Notes: generated by a model not told the origin, from the letters alone. Shown: positions 1 through 10,188, counted from the first letter of the stretch. The stretch: 64,000 nucleotides of DNA from Candidatus Undinarchaeota archaeon (GCA_964636545.1 CAZWSR010000003.1:13847-77846), one strand, 5' to 3'. Numbers and translations are program-made.

Positions 1-985
1 GCACATTATATCCCCAAGAATTTTGAGAAAGCATTGCCCCATAAACTGCAACTGACTCATTTGACTCAAGATATAATTCATTTGTAGTGCCAGGCCACTC
101 ATAACTGATTAAAGTTGCCTGTGGAGCCATACCTTTCTGCTCTTCAACAGCACCGCCAAGTGATTGACTGAGTGTGCCGTTACCCATCATGGTTCCTGCA
201 ACATGAGTTGAGTGAGAATGTGGAGAACCGTCATTTGGATCAGCGATTGTAACGCGACCATCAAGATCAGAGTGAACAGCGTGGCCAGCATCCCATTCAG
301 CTAAGACCACACCACTACCATTCATATAATTATAAGATACGCTTTGAAGGAAATTAACACCGATTCCAGCTCTGCTATCAACATTGTTTGCAAGTAAAGG
401 AAGGGGCGCATGTTCTACCCATTCTACAATATCTTCAGAAGCAAGACCACTGACCTGATTTTCCTGAACTTCAGCAAGCCAAACATTTCCAACAACTGGC
501 TCAGAAACAACAGAACCGTAACTTTCAACTATTGTGCGAGCTTCACTTGTTGAAACATCTGGGAAAAAGACAATTGAAATTTCTTGAGTTTGTTCTGATT
601 CACTAATTTCAATTGTATCAGCAATTTTGTCAGATGAGGAAAGGTCGCCACTAAATGTTAGCCCGTGATTGCCAAGATAGGATTCTCCAGAAGGAGTTAT
701 GCGGGCAAACCAGGCATTATCTGGAATATAATTAAGAAGATGAACTCCGTTTTGTGCAAATTCTGCTTTTTCAGCATCGGTTGGGATGTGGTCAAGCTGA
801 ATGATTTTACGGGTTGGGGAATTGCCCTGATCAGCGCCGTTTGCAGCAAATTGTTGAATATTTGTTGGGGTGATTGATCTTGATTTTAGGTGAATTGTCT
901 TCCCATTTGGATTAATACCGGGCCCAATACTGCAGATTAGTAAAATGAGTAGGAACAATGCAATAAGAGGAGGGAGTTTCTTCAT
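1..985 (-). CDS. S8 family (subtilisin-like) secreted serine peptidase, N-terminal part; runs off the window
   Basis: Manual translation from ATG at 985: signal peptide MKKLPPLIALFLLILLICS, propeptide IIQLDHIP...YIPDNAW, catalytic Asp (AEWDAG) and His (HSTHVAGTM), SQNSWG. Confidence 0.85.
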   Translation of the reverse strand, partial: MKKLPPLIALFLLILLICSIGPGINPNGKTIHLKSRSITPTNIQQFAANGADQGNSPTRKIIQLDHIPTDAEKAEFAQNGVHLLNYIPDNAWFARITPSGESYLGNHGLTFSGDLSSSDKIADTIEISESEQTQEISIVFFPDVSTSEARTIVESYGSVVSEPVVGNVWLAEVQENQVSGLASEDIVEWVEHAPLPLLANNVDSRAGIGVNFLQSVSYNYMNGSGVVLAEWDAGHAVHSDLDGRVTIADPNDGSPHSHSTHVAGTMMGNGTLSQSLGGAVEEQKGMAPQATLISYEWPGTTNELYLESNESVAVYGAMLSQNSWGYNV

Positions 986-1069
986 TGCAAATAAGGTGGG
1001 CGCGGAGGTATATAAGATTTTGTTGAAGCTAACTCAACCTATTTAAATAAGGAAAAACTAATCCCGAAT

Positions 1070-1696
1070 ATGTTCTGGAATATTGATTGGGGCGACATAT
1101 CACGAAACCACAAGATTATTGGATTTACTGGATTAGGATTGTTGTTATTTTATTTTGTATTATCAATTTTCTGGGGCGGTTTTAGGGGGATATTTTTCAG
1201 GGGCTTGTTTATGTTTGTGAGTTTCATTGTAAAACCTAGTATGATAATAGTGCTTGTCCCAATTTACATTAACTGGATAACAAGTGACTTTTTTCAGGAG
1301 CGAAAAGGCACAAGCTTTGTGAATGCATTAACAAACGGAGTTGCTGGGTCTTGGATTTGTGTTGAGTGGATACGTATGTCAGTGAAAGTAAATAGTGCTG
1401 ACCCAAACTTTTTATTGCTGATTGGAAAAATAATGCTGAGCTTGCTGGTTTTGCTTTATGCGGCGTTGGTTATTAAGGATGCTTGGAAAGGAGAAGGAGT
1501 TGTTAGATTTATTGGAAGAGCAAGAGAAATGGGATATATTTCAATAATGATGACGCCAATAATTTACAATGCAGTTCCACTTAGTTTTAGCACATTAGTG
1601 GCAGTGATTTTGATGTTCCCTGTTTTCTATGGAGTTATTGACTTTTTGGAGTTTGCAGTTATACCAACTCCGAAGTTTATGAAGAAGAAATTGTAA
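1070..1696 (+). CDS. hypothetical multi-pass membrane protein
   Basis: 208 aa ORF with several hydrophobic segments. Confidence 0.7.
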   Translation: MFWNIDWGDISRNHKIIGFTGLGLLLFYFVLSIFWGGFRGIFFRGLFMFVSFIVKPSMIIVLVPIYINWITSDFFQERKGTSFVNALTNGVAGSWICVEWIRMSVKVNSADPNFLLLIGKIMLSLLVLLYAALVIKDAWKGEGVVRFIGRAREMGYISIMMTPIIYNAVPLSFSTLVAVILMFPVFYGVIDFLEFAVIPTPKFMKKKL

Positions 1697-3091
1697 TTAC
1701 TTTACGAATGAGTTAAATGACATAACGTACTTATCGATGAAATTCTCATATGCTGTTGGTGGGGCTGTGAATTGATATTGAATGTTGTGTACACCTGGCG
1801 CAACATCAACAATTGCTGGAAAAATCGAGCGAATGCAAGTAGTTAGTGTAGGTAGATATAGATTTAGGAGTGCTGCTTGAACTTTTTTATTACATACAGA
1901 TATTGCTTTTTCCCAACTCTCCCAACAGATAACAGCTTCCCTTGAAATAGTTGCAACCTCTGCTTTCAAGAATTTGTCCTTGAACATTACTGCAAACCAA
2001 GTTGGAATGTGGGTGCCAGGATTGGTTGTTAGAAGATAAAACTGCATTGCAGGGTTTGCCTTTGCTAATTTATTGTTGTGAACATATTTAGTCTGTAAGT
2101 CATTAGCGTGTCCAATTTGATTATGTAAGTGGTGAGCAAGACGTTCCTTACTAATTTCACGGGGGGCAATTTCAGTTAGTGATTTTTCAACCATAACATC
2201 ATTTACTAAATTAGCTACAATATCAAGGACATCAACATCTTTGAGGTCCTTTACTTTTGAAGCTTTTTTCAATTGTTTTTTAGCTTCGACATTATGGTTA
2301 TTCATTGCAAAAAAGGAGGCTTTGACTTGGTCAAGATGATGGAAAACTTCATGGAAAATTGAAGTATAAAAATTAGCTCCAGCATTTGCGTTTTTCTCAA
2401 ATCTATCCTGTTTTAGATACACAATTAAATTCTCATCATCATTATTATCCACTTCTGTTGCAAAATTTGGATAATTATTGTCGTGGAGGATTATGAAAAT
2501 CTGCTTACTGGAAATTGTTGGATACTTTTCAAGTAAAAAAGCAACTGGAGCAAGAACTTGAGTTGCAAAATATTTGCGATGAGTGTCCAGAAACGCGACT
2601 TTGTCAGTTGGAGAACTGCTGAACTGCATAGCGATTTTAACTGGTTTGGAATCTTTTTCTTTTGAGACATTTGCAGTGTATGCAAGTAGGGCTTTCTTAT
2701 TATCAGAAAAGGTTATCTCGGTGTTTGCTGCTGCCTTTTTCATCATATCTTCGGTTTTATAAGTAGAAATAAGCTTGAGTAATCCTTTTGGAGGTTCTAC
2801 TTTTTCATATTTTTTATAATCGCGAGGTTTGAATTGTGGTTCTGCAGATTCAGTTTTTGTTTTTTCAATACTTTTCTGAACATCTGCTGGATCAAGTGCC
2901 TTGAAACTTCCTTTTGTTGGAACAGGATATGATTTGGTTTTGCTTACCTTGAATGCGTTTTCTGATCCTTTTCCCCAGCCACCTTTGCCAAGTTTAGGAT
3001 GTTTTTTTCTGTATTTTCGCCAGATTATAATAATTATAATTAGAACAACGAGAATTCCACCACCGCCACCATACATCATTATTGGTTCCAT
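1697..3091 (-). CDS. membrane-anchored hypothetical protein with HExxH motif (possible zinc metallopeptidase)
   Basis: 464 aa; N-terminal TM segment ILVVLIIIIIIW; IFHEVFHHLD. Confidence 0.6.
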   Translation of the reverse strand: MEPIMMYGGGGGILVVLIIIIIIWRKYRKKHPKLGKGGWGKGSENAFKVSKTKSYPVPTKGSFKALDPADVQKSIEKTKTESAEPQFKPRDYKKYEKVEPPKGLLKLISTYKTEDMMKKAAANTEITFSDNKKALLAYTANVSKEKDSKPVKIAMQFSSSPTDKVAFLDTHRKYFATQVLAPVAFLLEKYPTISSKQIFIILHDNNYPNFATEVDNNDDENLIVYLKQDRFEKNANAGANFYTSIFHEVFHHLDQVKASFFAMNNHNVEAKKQLKKASKVKDLKDVDVLDIVANLVNDVMVEKSLTEIAPREISKERLAHHLHNQIGHANDLQTKYVHNNKLAKANPAMQFYLLTTNPGTHIPTWFAVMFKDKFLKAEVATISREAVICWESWEKAISVCNKKVQAALLNLYLPTLTTCIRSIFPAIVDVAPGVHNIQYQFTAPPTAYENFIDKYVMSFNSFVK

Positions 3092-4288
3092 CTATTTTGA
3101 GCAACTTATTTTAATCACATCGCCATTTTTCAGCTCGTGATCTGCGCCAAGCTTCATTTTGGTTTTTGCATTAACACCGCAAATGAAGTTTTCACCAATA
3201 TCTGTGTGAATTTTATAAGCTAATTGCTTTGTGGTAGTGCCTTTTGAAACTAAATGGACATCTGGGAGAACATTTCCATTCTTGTCAGTGTATTTATTCT
3301 CATCTTCAACTGGGAAAACCGCTATCAAGTCCAGCATTTCAAACGCTGCTTTGTCTAATGCTTGCTGAACTCCGGTGCCATTGAATTTCTTAAGAACATT
3401 ATCTTTAATGAATGTTAATCCTTTTTTCTGGCTGTCAGAAAGCCCTTCTCCAAATGTAAAATCAGTTTCTCCAGGGTAATAATTTATTAAATCTTTTTCA
3501 GCTGCTCTGCGAAGTGCAAGTTCGGAATCAGCAGAAGTTGAAATTAGCATATTTTCAGTATTTTCCAATGGTTTCAGATTTTTTTCAGCTTCTGGAATAT
3601 CGCATTTGTTTGCGCAAAGCATTATTGGTTTTGAAATTTCACGCATTCGGCCAGCGAATTTAAGCAAAGCATCCTCATCCCAGTTTGCTGGATCTTCCAA
3701 GTTAAGTTCAGAGTCTTTTGCTGCCTTGATTATCATTGATTCAGTTACTCCAAGTCCAGAAAACCGTTCTGCAAGCTCTTTTCCAACATCTTTTTTCATT
3801 TGTTGGATTTCGCGAGTGAGTTTTTGCCAATCTTTTTTAAGAAGTGATAAGAACCAAAGGTCAATTTCTTCTTCTAGGAATTTTACATCCTCAACTGGGT
3901 CGTGTTCTCCGGGGTTGCACGGTTTTCCTTCAGCATCAGTTGCTCCAGCAGCGTCAATTATGTGAAGAAGTGCGTCAGCATTACAGAGATCATCAAGAAA
4001 TTGGTTTCCAAGTCCTTTTCCTTCATGAGCTCCTTTGACTAAACCAGCAACATCAAGCAGGTCAATTGGAACAAGTCGAGTTCCATTGTGGCAGGAACCG
4101 TGTTTTGGCTTGCATTCGACTTTGAGTTCTTTGCAAGCGCATTTGACTCTGACATATCCAACTCCGCGGTTTGCTTTGATAGTTGTGAATGGATAATTTG
4201 CGATTTCAGCTCCAGCCATAGTTGCTGCATTAAAGAAAGTTGATTTTCCACAGTTAGGTTTGCCAACTAGGCCTAAGATTTTGGTCAT
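3092..4288 (-). CDS. ychF: YchF/Ola1 Obg-family ATPase
   Basis: GKPNCGKST, YPFTTI, DVAGLVKGAHEGKGLGNQFL, C-terminal TGS domain. Confidence 0.95.
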   Translation of the reverse strand: MTKILGLVGKPNCGKSTFFNAATMAGAEIANYPFTTIKANRGVGYVRVKCACKELKVECKPKHGSCHNGTRLVPIDLLDVAGLVKGAHEGKGLGNQFLDDLCNADALLHIIDAAGATDAEGKPCNPGEHDPVEDVKFLEEEIDLWFLSLLKKDWQKLTREIQQMKKDVGKELAERFSGLGVTESMIIKAAKDSELNLEDPANWDEDALLKFAGRMREISKPIMLCANKCDIPEAEKNLKPLENTENMLISTSADSELALRRAAEKDLINYYPGETDFTFGEGLSDSQKKGLTFIKDNVLKKFNGTGVQQALDKAAFEMLDLIAVFPVEDENKYTDKNGNVLPDVHLVSKGTTTKQLAYKIHTDIGENFICGVNAKTKMKLGADHELKNGDVIKISCSK

Positions 4289-4328
4289 TGCACTACCGCA
4301 ATCTATTTATTAATACAAGTATATTAAT

Positions 4329-4823
4329 ATGACCATGAGACTGCCAATTTGCGGGGCTTGTCTTGAGTCAGAAAAACTTTGCGAAGGATGCTCAGATAGG
4401 CTTGAAAAAGGTGAGATCCAGCATTCGGATGTTGAACTAGCAAGAGCAATGGCAAAAGTTTCAGAACAGCACCCGCAATTAGAGAAAGCAGAGTTTTTGA
4501 AAACACATGCAAATGATGATTTATTTGTTGTTGAAGTTCCAAAAGGCAGTGCTGGTCAGATTATTGGGAAAAAAGGCGCACTGATTAAGGAATTATGCAC
4601 TCACATGGGAAAAAGAATTAAGATTGTTGAAGAAACTAATGAGAAGCGCGAATTTGTTGAGAAAGTTTTGAATCCAGCAAAAATGAAAGGCATTACAGTT
4701 GGAGACAAAACATTCAAAATTTATGTTGATAGAATGGATGAGAAAAGAATCGGGAACAAGGCACCGTTTGAGAAGATTTTTTCAGAAGTTATGGGCGGGA
4801 AAGCTGAGATTGTATTTGGGTGA
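4329..4823 (+). CDS. NusA-like KH-domain protein with N-terminal Cys cluster
   Basis: PICGAC...LCEGC; KH motif IIGKKGALIK. Confidence 0.75.
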   Translation: MTMRLPICGACLESEKLCEGCSDRLEKGEIQHSDVELARAMAKVSEQHPQLEKAEFLKTHANDDLFVVEVPKGSAGQIIGKKGALIKELCTHMGKRIKIVEETNEKREFVEKVLNPAKMKGITVGDKTFKIYVDRMDEKRIGNKAPFEKIFSEVMGGKAEIVFG

Positions 4824-6020
4824 TTATTTTTTCTTATAAGATATCTTAGAACCATGCCTAATTCTAGAAATAGTTGGATCCATTCTCCGCACATCATTGA
4901 TTATTGCAGTAATATGATAGTTTAATGTACCAGGTTTTAAACCAGAATCAGCATAGGTAGTATGAGACCACTCCTGAAATTGATTGAGAAAAACTTCCTT
5001 TCCTGTAGAAATCTCTTCTATGAACTTCTTTTTGATACCAAGAAGTATTTTTGTGGAGGACTTAGGAAAGGTACTTATGTTTTCGAGAAAGTCATTAATT
5101 TCTTCAATGCTTATTCCTTTCTTGACAATACCTTTATATTTAAGCTTAGAAAAAGGAACATATTTACCAGTTTGCACCATTTGTCTAAACAATATAGTAA
5201 CGATTAGACCTAATTGAGGAATTGGTTTTGAGTACTTTTCATTTACAAGCCTTAAAAATTCTATACGCAATACAGGACCGTCATTAAGCTTTTTAATCAA
5301 GAATGATTTTAATTTAGGAAGTGTTTTCTTGGCCTTTTTACTCAAGTATGAGAATTGAGCTGGATTCAAAGGGAATAATTCTGCTGAGCCAATTGTAATT
5401 TGTTCATACCTGTTTTCTTTTTCAATTCTTTTAGTTGTTTCTTGAATATCTTTTTCAGCAGCTTTTGCGAATTTGTTGCTCAGTTTTTCTTCTTTTTCAT
5501 TAAATTTACTAAACTCCTCATAATATTCTTTCACAAAAATCTTAGAATCTTCAGATAATTCAAATCTGGAAGTAAAGATATCTCTGATGTTTTTGATGTC
5601 TGAGATTTTTTTCCCAACAAGATTAAGAAATCCCATTTTCAGTGCAATTCCACAAAATTTAGGAAGAGTGTCAAGGTTTTGTTTCATAGAAAGTGGTAAG
5701 GCTCTGTCAATCTCACCCCAGCGAAATGGTTTATCATAATCATAAAAATGTAGTAAACAGGTTTCAATAAAGATTATACTCTGTGTATTGAGTGTTCTGG
5801 TGCGACGTGTACGAACTTTATCCATATCTACTTTTTCTTCATTATCTTCTTCATTGTCCCCATCATCTTTCTTTTTCATAGGCGCAACAGCTTTTTGAAG
5901 TCCATCATCTCCCTCTTTGTAGAGTTCCTGTAGTCTGTCGCGAAGCTTTCTGTGTAGTTCCCACATATCTTCTTTAATTTTATCAAGATCACTAATCATT
6001 AAGAAAACATTATAATTCAT
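4824..6020 (-). CDS. hypothetical protein (basic, possibly nucleic-acid binding)
   Basis: 398 aa ORF, no recognised motif; true start may be MISDLDK. Confidence 0.6.
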   Translation of the reverse strand: MNYNVFLMISDLDKIKEDMWELHRKLRDRLQELYKEGDDGLQKAVAPMKKKDDGDNEEDNEEKVDMDKVRTRRTRTLNTQSIIFIETCLLHFYDYDKPFRWGEIDRALPLSMKQNLDTLPKFCGIALKMGFLNLVGKKISDIKNIRDIFTSRFELSEDSKIFVKEYYEEFSKFNEKEEKLSNKFAKAAEKDIQETTKRIEKENRYEQITIGSAELFPLNPAQFSYLSKKAKKTLPKLKSFLIKKLNDGPVLRIEFLRLVNEKYSKPIPQLGLIVTILFRQMVQTGKYVPFSKLKYKGIVKKGISIEEINDFLENISTFPKSSTKILLGIKKKFIEEISTGKEVFLNQFQEWSHTTYADSGLKPGTLNYHITAIINDVRRMDPTISRIRHGSKISYKKK

Positions 6021-6084
6021 AGAATATAAACTCTGCGTATTGGAGCCGAAAGTTATTTTATACCCTGAAACTTAACATTTTACT

Positions 6085-7821
6085 ATGAGAATAGCAATTT
6101 TGAACAAGGACGACTGCCACCCTGAAAAGTGTGGTGATTACTTGTGTGAAAGAGTTTGTCCTGTTAACAGAACTGGCAAAGAATGTATTGTCAAAGGCGA
6201 AGATGGAAAGGCCTTCATAAATGTGGAACTATGTACAGGATGCGGGATTTGTACGAAAAAGTGTCCGTTTGATGCAATTACAATTATTAATTTACCAGAG
6301 AAACTAGCAGAGAAATGTGTTCATCAATTTGGTGATGAGAACGGTTTCAAATTATTCAGAGAAGCAATACCGATTCCAGGGCAGGTTGTTGGTTTGCTTG
6401 GGCAGAATGGAACAGGTAAAACAACTGCTTTGCAGATTATTGAAGGTGCTTTGAAAGCGAATTTGGGACAGGATCATGAAGCAACTAAGGAAGAACTGTC
6501 CAAATTCTTTGCAGGATCGGAATTACAGGGCTATTTTGCGCATATTGATAAGAAAAAGATGTCTTACAAACCGCAGTATGTTGAGCGGATTCCAAAAGAA
6601 TTCAAAGGAAAAGTAAAAGCACTTCTGAAAAAAGTTGATGAAAAAGGTAATCTTGAAAAAATTGCTAAACAACTTGGTATTGACAATGTTTTAGACAGTG
6701 ATATTTCAAAAATCTCTGGTGGTGAGCTTCAGAAAACTGCAATTGCTGCTTGCTTGCTAAGAGATGCAGATATTTACTTTTTTGATGAGCCATCATCTTA
6801 TTTAGATATCCGCGAAAGATTGAAAATTGCTAAAATAATTCGGAAATTGGCTGAAAAGAAATTAGTTTTGGTAATTGAGCACGATTTGATTATTTTAGAT
6901 TACCTTGCTGACCTCGCACATATCTTTTATGGAAAACCAGGAGCATATGGTATTGTGAGCCAGCCGAAATCAATTAAAGAAGGAATTAATTCTTATTTGG
7001 AAGGTTTTTTGAAAGAAGAAAATGTGCAGTTCAGAGAAAGACCATTGAAATTTGTTGTTAAACAAGCAAGTGAGTCACAGAAAACACACAAGATTGTTGA
7101 ATTCAAAGGACTTAAGAAAAAATTCAAGAATTTTGAATTGAAAATTGATGAAGGTTGGATTCATGAAAAGGAATTGATAGGAGTTTTAGGTCCAAATGCA
7201 ACTGGAAAAACTACTTTTATGAAAATGCTGGCTGGAGAATTAAAATCTGATGCTGGTGAAGTTAGTTCAAAATTAAAAATTGCTTACAAGCCGCAGTATA
7301 TTAAGCCAGATGAAGATGTGATGGTACTGGTTGCGCTGAAAGGTGCTAGCCAGAAGATGATTGCTGATTTGGGACTTGATAAATTGCTGAATCGGACTCT
7401 TGGAGAATTATCTGGAGGAGAATTGCAGAGAGTTGCAATTGTGAAATGTTTGTCGCAAGATGCTGATTTGTATTTGTTAGATGAACCATCAGCTCATTTG
7501 GATGTTGAGCAGAGAGTTAATGCCGCTAATGTTATTCGGCACAGTATTGAGGATAGGGAGAAGAGTGCGATTGTGATTGACCACGATATTATGCTGTTGG
7601 ATTATCTTTCAGACCGTTTAATGGTGTTTGGTGGCGAGCCAGGCAAGAAAGGAACTGGAAAAGGACCATTTGAAATGGGAGAGGGGATGAATTTGTTTTT
7701 GAAAGATTTGGATATTACTTTTAGACGAGAGAAAACAACTGGAAGGCCAAGAGCGAATAAGCAAGATAGTGTGAAGGATAGGGAGCAGAAGAAAAAGGGT
7801 GAGTATTACTATTTGAAATAA
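6085..7821 (+). CDS. rli: ribosome recycling ATPase ABCE1/Rli1
   Basis: N-terminal Fe-S domain (CHPEKC, CTGCGICTKKCP), two ABC domains (GQNGTGKT, GPNATGKT, SGGELQ), C-terminal GRPRANK...GEYYY. Confidence 0.97.
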   Translation: MRIAILNKDDCHPEKCGDYLCERVCPVNRTGKECIVKGEDGKAFINVELCTGCGICTKKCPFDAITIINLPEKLAEKCVHQFGDENGFKLFREAIPIPGQVVGLLGQNGTGKTTALQIIEGALKANLGQDHEATKEELSKFFAGSELQGYFAHIDKKKMSYKPQYVERIPKEFKGKVKALLKKVDEKGNLEKIAKQLGIDNVLDSDISKISGGELQKTAIAACLLRDADIYFFDEPSSYLDIRERLKIAKIIRKLAEKKLVLVIEHDLIILDYLADLAHIFYGKPGAYGIVSQPKSIKEGINSYLEGFLKEENVQFRERPLKFVVKQASESQKTHKIVEFKGLKKKFKNFELKIDEGWIHEKELIGVLGPNATGKTTFMKMLAGELKSDAGEVSSKLKIAYKPQYIKPDEDVMVLVALKGASQKMIADLGLDKLLNRTLGELSGGELQRVAIVKCLSQDADLYLLDEPSAHLDVEQRVNAANVIRHSIEDREKSAIVIDHDIMLLDYLSDRLMVFGGEPGKKGTGKGPFEMGEGMNLFLKDLDITFRREKTTGRPRANKQDSVKDREQKKKGEYYYLK

Positions 7822-8079
7822 CTACTTTTTTGAATATTTCCACTTCATTCCAATTAAAATTATATTAAAACAAACACCAGCAATGTTTGCTCCAATCACA
7901 ATTACATCTTTTATGTGAATACCATACAAAAGCCACAAGAACATTCCAAAGAACAGGAGAAAATACATCCCATAGGAAATATCGCCCATTTCTTTAGATT
8001 TGAAACTTTTGATAATCTGTGGCAAAAATCCAGATAAGGTGATTAAGGCAGCTGCAAGCCCAATAACATACCAAAACAT
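7822..8079 (-). CDS. SemiSWEET/PQ-loop transporter
   Basis: 85 aa, three TM segments, FLPQIIK motif, WLLYG. Confidence 0.85.
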   Translation of the reverse strand: MFWYVIGLAAALITLSGFLPQIIKSFKSKEMGDISYGMYFLLFFGMFLWLLYGIHIKDVIVIGANIAGVCFNIILIGMKWKYSKK

Positions 8080-8080
8080 T

Positions 8081-8482
8081 TTATTCGCCCCCAGTTATTT
8101 GTGCGAGAACAGCATCGAAATCACATTCAATATCCGGGCCTAACTGAACTGCGAATGGTTCTATAGCACCTTCATATGCTGGAATAAGATGAACATGAGT
8201 GTGTGGAACATCCACTCCCATTACAAGCAAAAACACGTACTTAGCGCTTAGTTTTTCTTTTAGGTTTTTTGCGAGCTTTTGGCTTAGGGCGAACAGTTCT
8301 TTTACTTCGTTTTCTGGCATTTCCAGAAATGTTTCGTAATGGCTTTTTGGTATTACGAGTGCGTGGCCTTTTGCTGTTGGATTTATGTCCAGAAACGCGA
8401 GAAACTTTTCGTCCTCGTGAATTTTTTTGCTTGGTATTTCGTTTTTTACTATTTTGCAGAAGATGCAGTTTTCGTTTGTCAT
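8081..8482 (-). CDS. HIT family hydrolase
   Basis: CIFCKI, FLDINP, GHALVIPK, HTHVHLIP. Confidence 0.95.
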   Translation of the reverse strand: MTNENCIFCKIVKNEIPSKKIHEDEKFLAFLDINPTAKGHALVIPKSHYETFLEMPENEVKELFALSQKLAKNLKEKLSAKYVFLLVMGVDVPHTHVHLIPAYEGAIEPFAVQLGPDIECDFDAVLAQITGGE

Positions 8483-8921
8483 TTTTTCCTCTTTTTCCCT
8501 TTGATAAGGTTTTAGGTTTTTGGTTTTTGGTTTTTGGTTTGATTAGAAACGAATCAAAAATTGACTCAAATGATTTTGCTTTCGGTGCCCCGGCTCCACG
8601 GCGCCCCGGCTTTACTTTTTTCGGTTTTTTCTTACTCAGCTTAGCAACTCTGTCAAACATTTTGTCCTTGGAAATAACTAACTGTTTACCTTTTTTGGTG
8701 ATTTTGACAACGCCATACCATTTTAGAACTTGCGTTTCTGAAACAGCTGCGGCTGGAGAGATTTTGACTTTGTCAGGAAATTTGACACAATACTCGCGAA
8801 TGTCGTCATCATAAACAACTGTAAGGGACTTACGCTTTTTTGCTCGAAAAATAGCATCCAAGATAAGAACTGTATTTTTTCCCGGCTCTCCAATTACTTT
8901 TAGAATGTTATCAGGAAGCAT
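8241..8921 (-). CDS. hypothetical protein; the plausible coding part ends near 8545 and the ORF reads through into the HIT gene
   Basis: RBS-like GAGGTGG upstream of ATG; first ~125 aa plausible, remainder is repeat translation and alternative-frame overlap. Confidence 0.5.
   Translation of the reverse strand: MLPDNILKVIGEPGKNTVLILDAIFRAKKRKSLTVVYDDDIREYCVKFPDKVKISPAAAVSETQVLKWYGVVKITKKGKQLVISKDKMFDRVAKLSKKKPKKVKPGRRGAGAPKAKSFESIFDSFLIKPKTKNQKPKTLSKGKRGKNDKRKLHLLQNSKKRNTKQKNSRGRKVSRVSGHKSNSKRPRTRNTKKPLRNISGNARKRSKRTVRPKPKARKKPKRKTKR
8508..8542. repeat. 7-nt tandem array (GGTTTTT)n, family F
   Basis: GGTTTTA GGTTTTT GGTTTTT GGTTTTT GGTTTGA. Confidence 0.8.
8583..8614. repeat. GC-rich 8-nt array, family A, inside ORF
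   Basis: CGGTGCCC CGGCTCCA CGGCGCCC CGGCTTTA. Confidence 0.85.
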
Positions 8922-9080
8922 TAGTGCTATTCCACCTCAGAATTGGGTAATAAGTACGTGTTTAAATAGTTTTTAGAGTCCGCCTTGCCGCGGACGATGG
9001 CATGAGGGCATCGCCTTCGGCGAAGCCCTGTCTTGAAATTGGTTCGATCTGCGATAGTTTTTTCTGAGAAACTAAAAAAG

Positions 9081-9154
9081 TGGACCCGTCGTGATTTGAA
9101 CACGAGGCCTCTACCATGCCAGGGTAGCGATCTACCGGACTGATCTACGGGCCC
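9081..9154 (-). tRNA. tRNA-Ala(GGC)
   Basis: GGGCCCG/CGGGTCC acceptor with G3:U70, anticodon arm CTACC-CTGGCAT-GGTAG, GTTCAAATC T-loop; CCA not encoded. Confidence 0.95.
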
Positions 9155-9198
9155 AACTGAATTTTCAATAACAACACCACTTTATAATCGTTTTGACT

Positions 9199-9233
9199 CT
9201 ACCAACTACCTACCACCCACCACCTACTACCTT
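9199..9233. repeat. 7-nt array, family B, overlapping the stop codon of the EamA gene
   Basis: CTACCAA CTACCTA CCACCCA CCACCTA CTACCTT. Confidence 0.8.
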
Positions 9234-10138
9234 TTCTTAAACAAATAATGAGTCCGCTTAGAACCAGCATAATAAATTATTTTTGATAAACGGCCACGGC
9301 CATATCCACGCATGTAATGTAAGAAAGTTCCGCCAATAAGCAGAACAATAGTTCCTGCAGCAAATCTTGCAGAAAGTGTTTCTCCGAATATGAAGATAGC
9401 ATAGATGAATGCAGATATTGTTGCGCCAAGAAGCAGAGTTATACTCATTGTTTCTGTTTTCAAGCGCATTATAGAATAATTAAAGCAAATATAACCAAAT
9501 CCAGTAGCTCCAACACCAAGAAGAGCTAACCAGTGCCAGACAGCAGCGACATTTCCGAATCCGTAAATCATTGGAAATGGTGCTAGGAATAATGAAGCAA
9601 ATAAGAATATCCAGAAAGTTCCTTTCAAAGTTTGAATCATACCCTCTCTGCGCATATACACAACCATTATTGAGTAAAGCACAACTTCAAGGAACATTAT
9701 TGTTACCCCAATTTGGGATTTGAAAGTGATTGGGTTTAGGACAAGAATTGCAACTGCACCGAAAATAAGTGCAATTAAATCAGATGCGCGGATTCCGTCC
9801 TTGAGAATATACCCACCAAAAACCAGTATGAAGAATGGGAAAAACGCATCCATTACATATGCTTGAGTGATTGTAAGATAGTGAAACGCTGTGTTGAATA
9901 AGGACATTGCAGCGCCGATTAAGAAACCTATTATGATGTAGTATCTGGCTTCACCCTTAGTGATTTTGAATAGATCTCGCCTAAAGAATAAGCCAATGAT
10001 TCCTAGAAAAACAGCTGCAATAAAAACACGTAAGAAATTAACAGTCATAAACGGCACAGCAGTTCCTATAAGGTTGATCCACAATCCTATGCTTCCAATG
10101 GCAAGTGCAGCTAAAACTGCAAATAGGTATTTTCCCAT
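9227..10138 (-). CDS. DMT/EamA family transporter
   Basis: 303 aa, about 10 TM segments in two halves, FLRVFIA and IFGETLS motifs. Confidence 0.85.
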   Translation of the reverse strand: MGKYLFAVLAALAIGSIGLWINLIGTAVPFMTVNFLRVFIAAVFLGIIGLFFRRDLFKITKGEARYYIIIGFLIGAAMSLFNTAFHYLTITQAYVMDAFFPFFILVFGGYILKDGIRASDLIALIFGAVAILVLNPITFKSQIGVTIMFLEVVLYSIMVVYMRREGMIQTLKGTFWIFLFASLFLAPFPMIYGFGNVAAVWHWLALLGVGATGFGYICFNYSIMRLKTETMSITLLLGATISAFIYAIFIFGETLSARFAAGTIVLLIGGTFLHYMRGYGRGRLSKIIYYAGSKRTHYLFKKR

Positions 10139-10188
10139 TAAGAAGAGGATGATTTTGGGATTTAAATAATTTGTTGTAAGAGAAAAAG

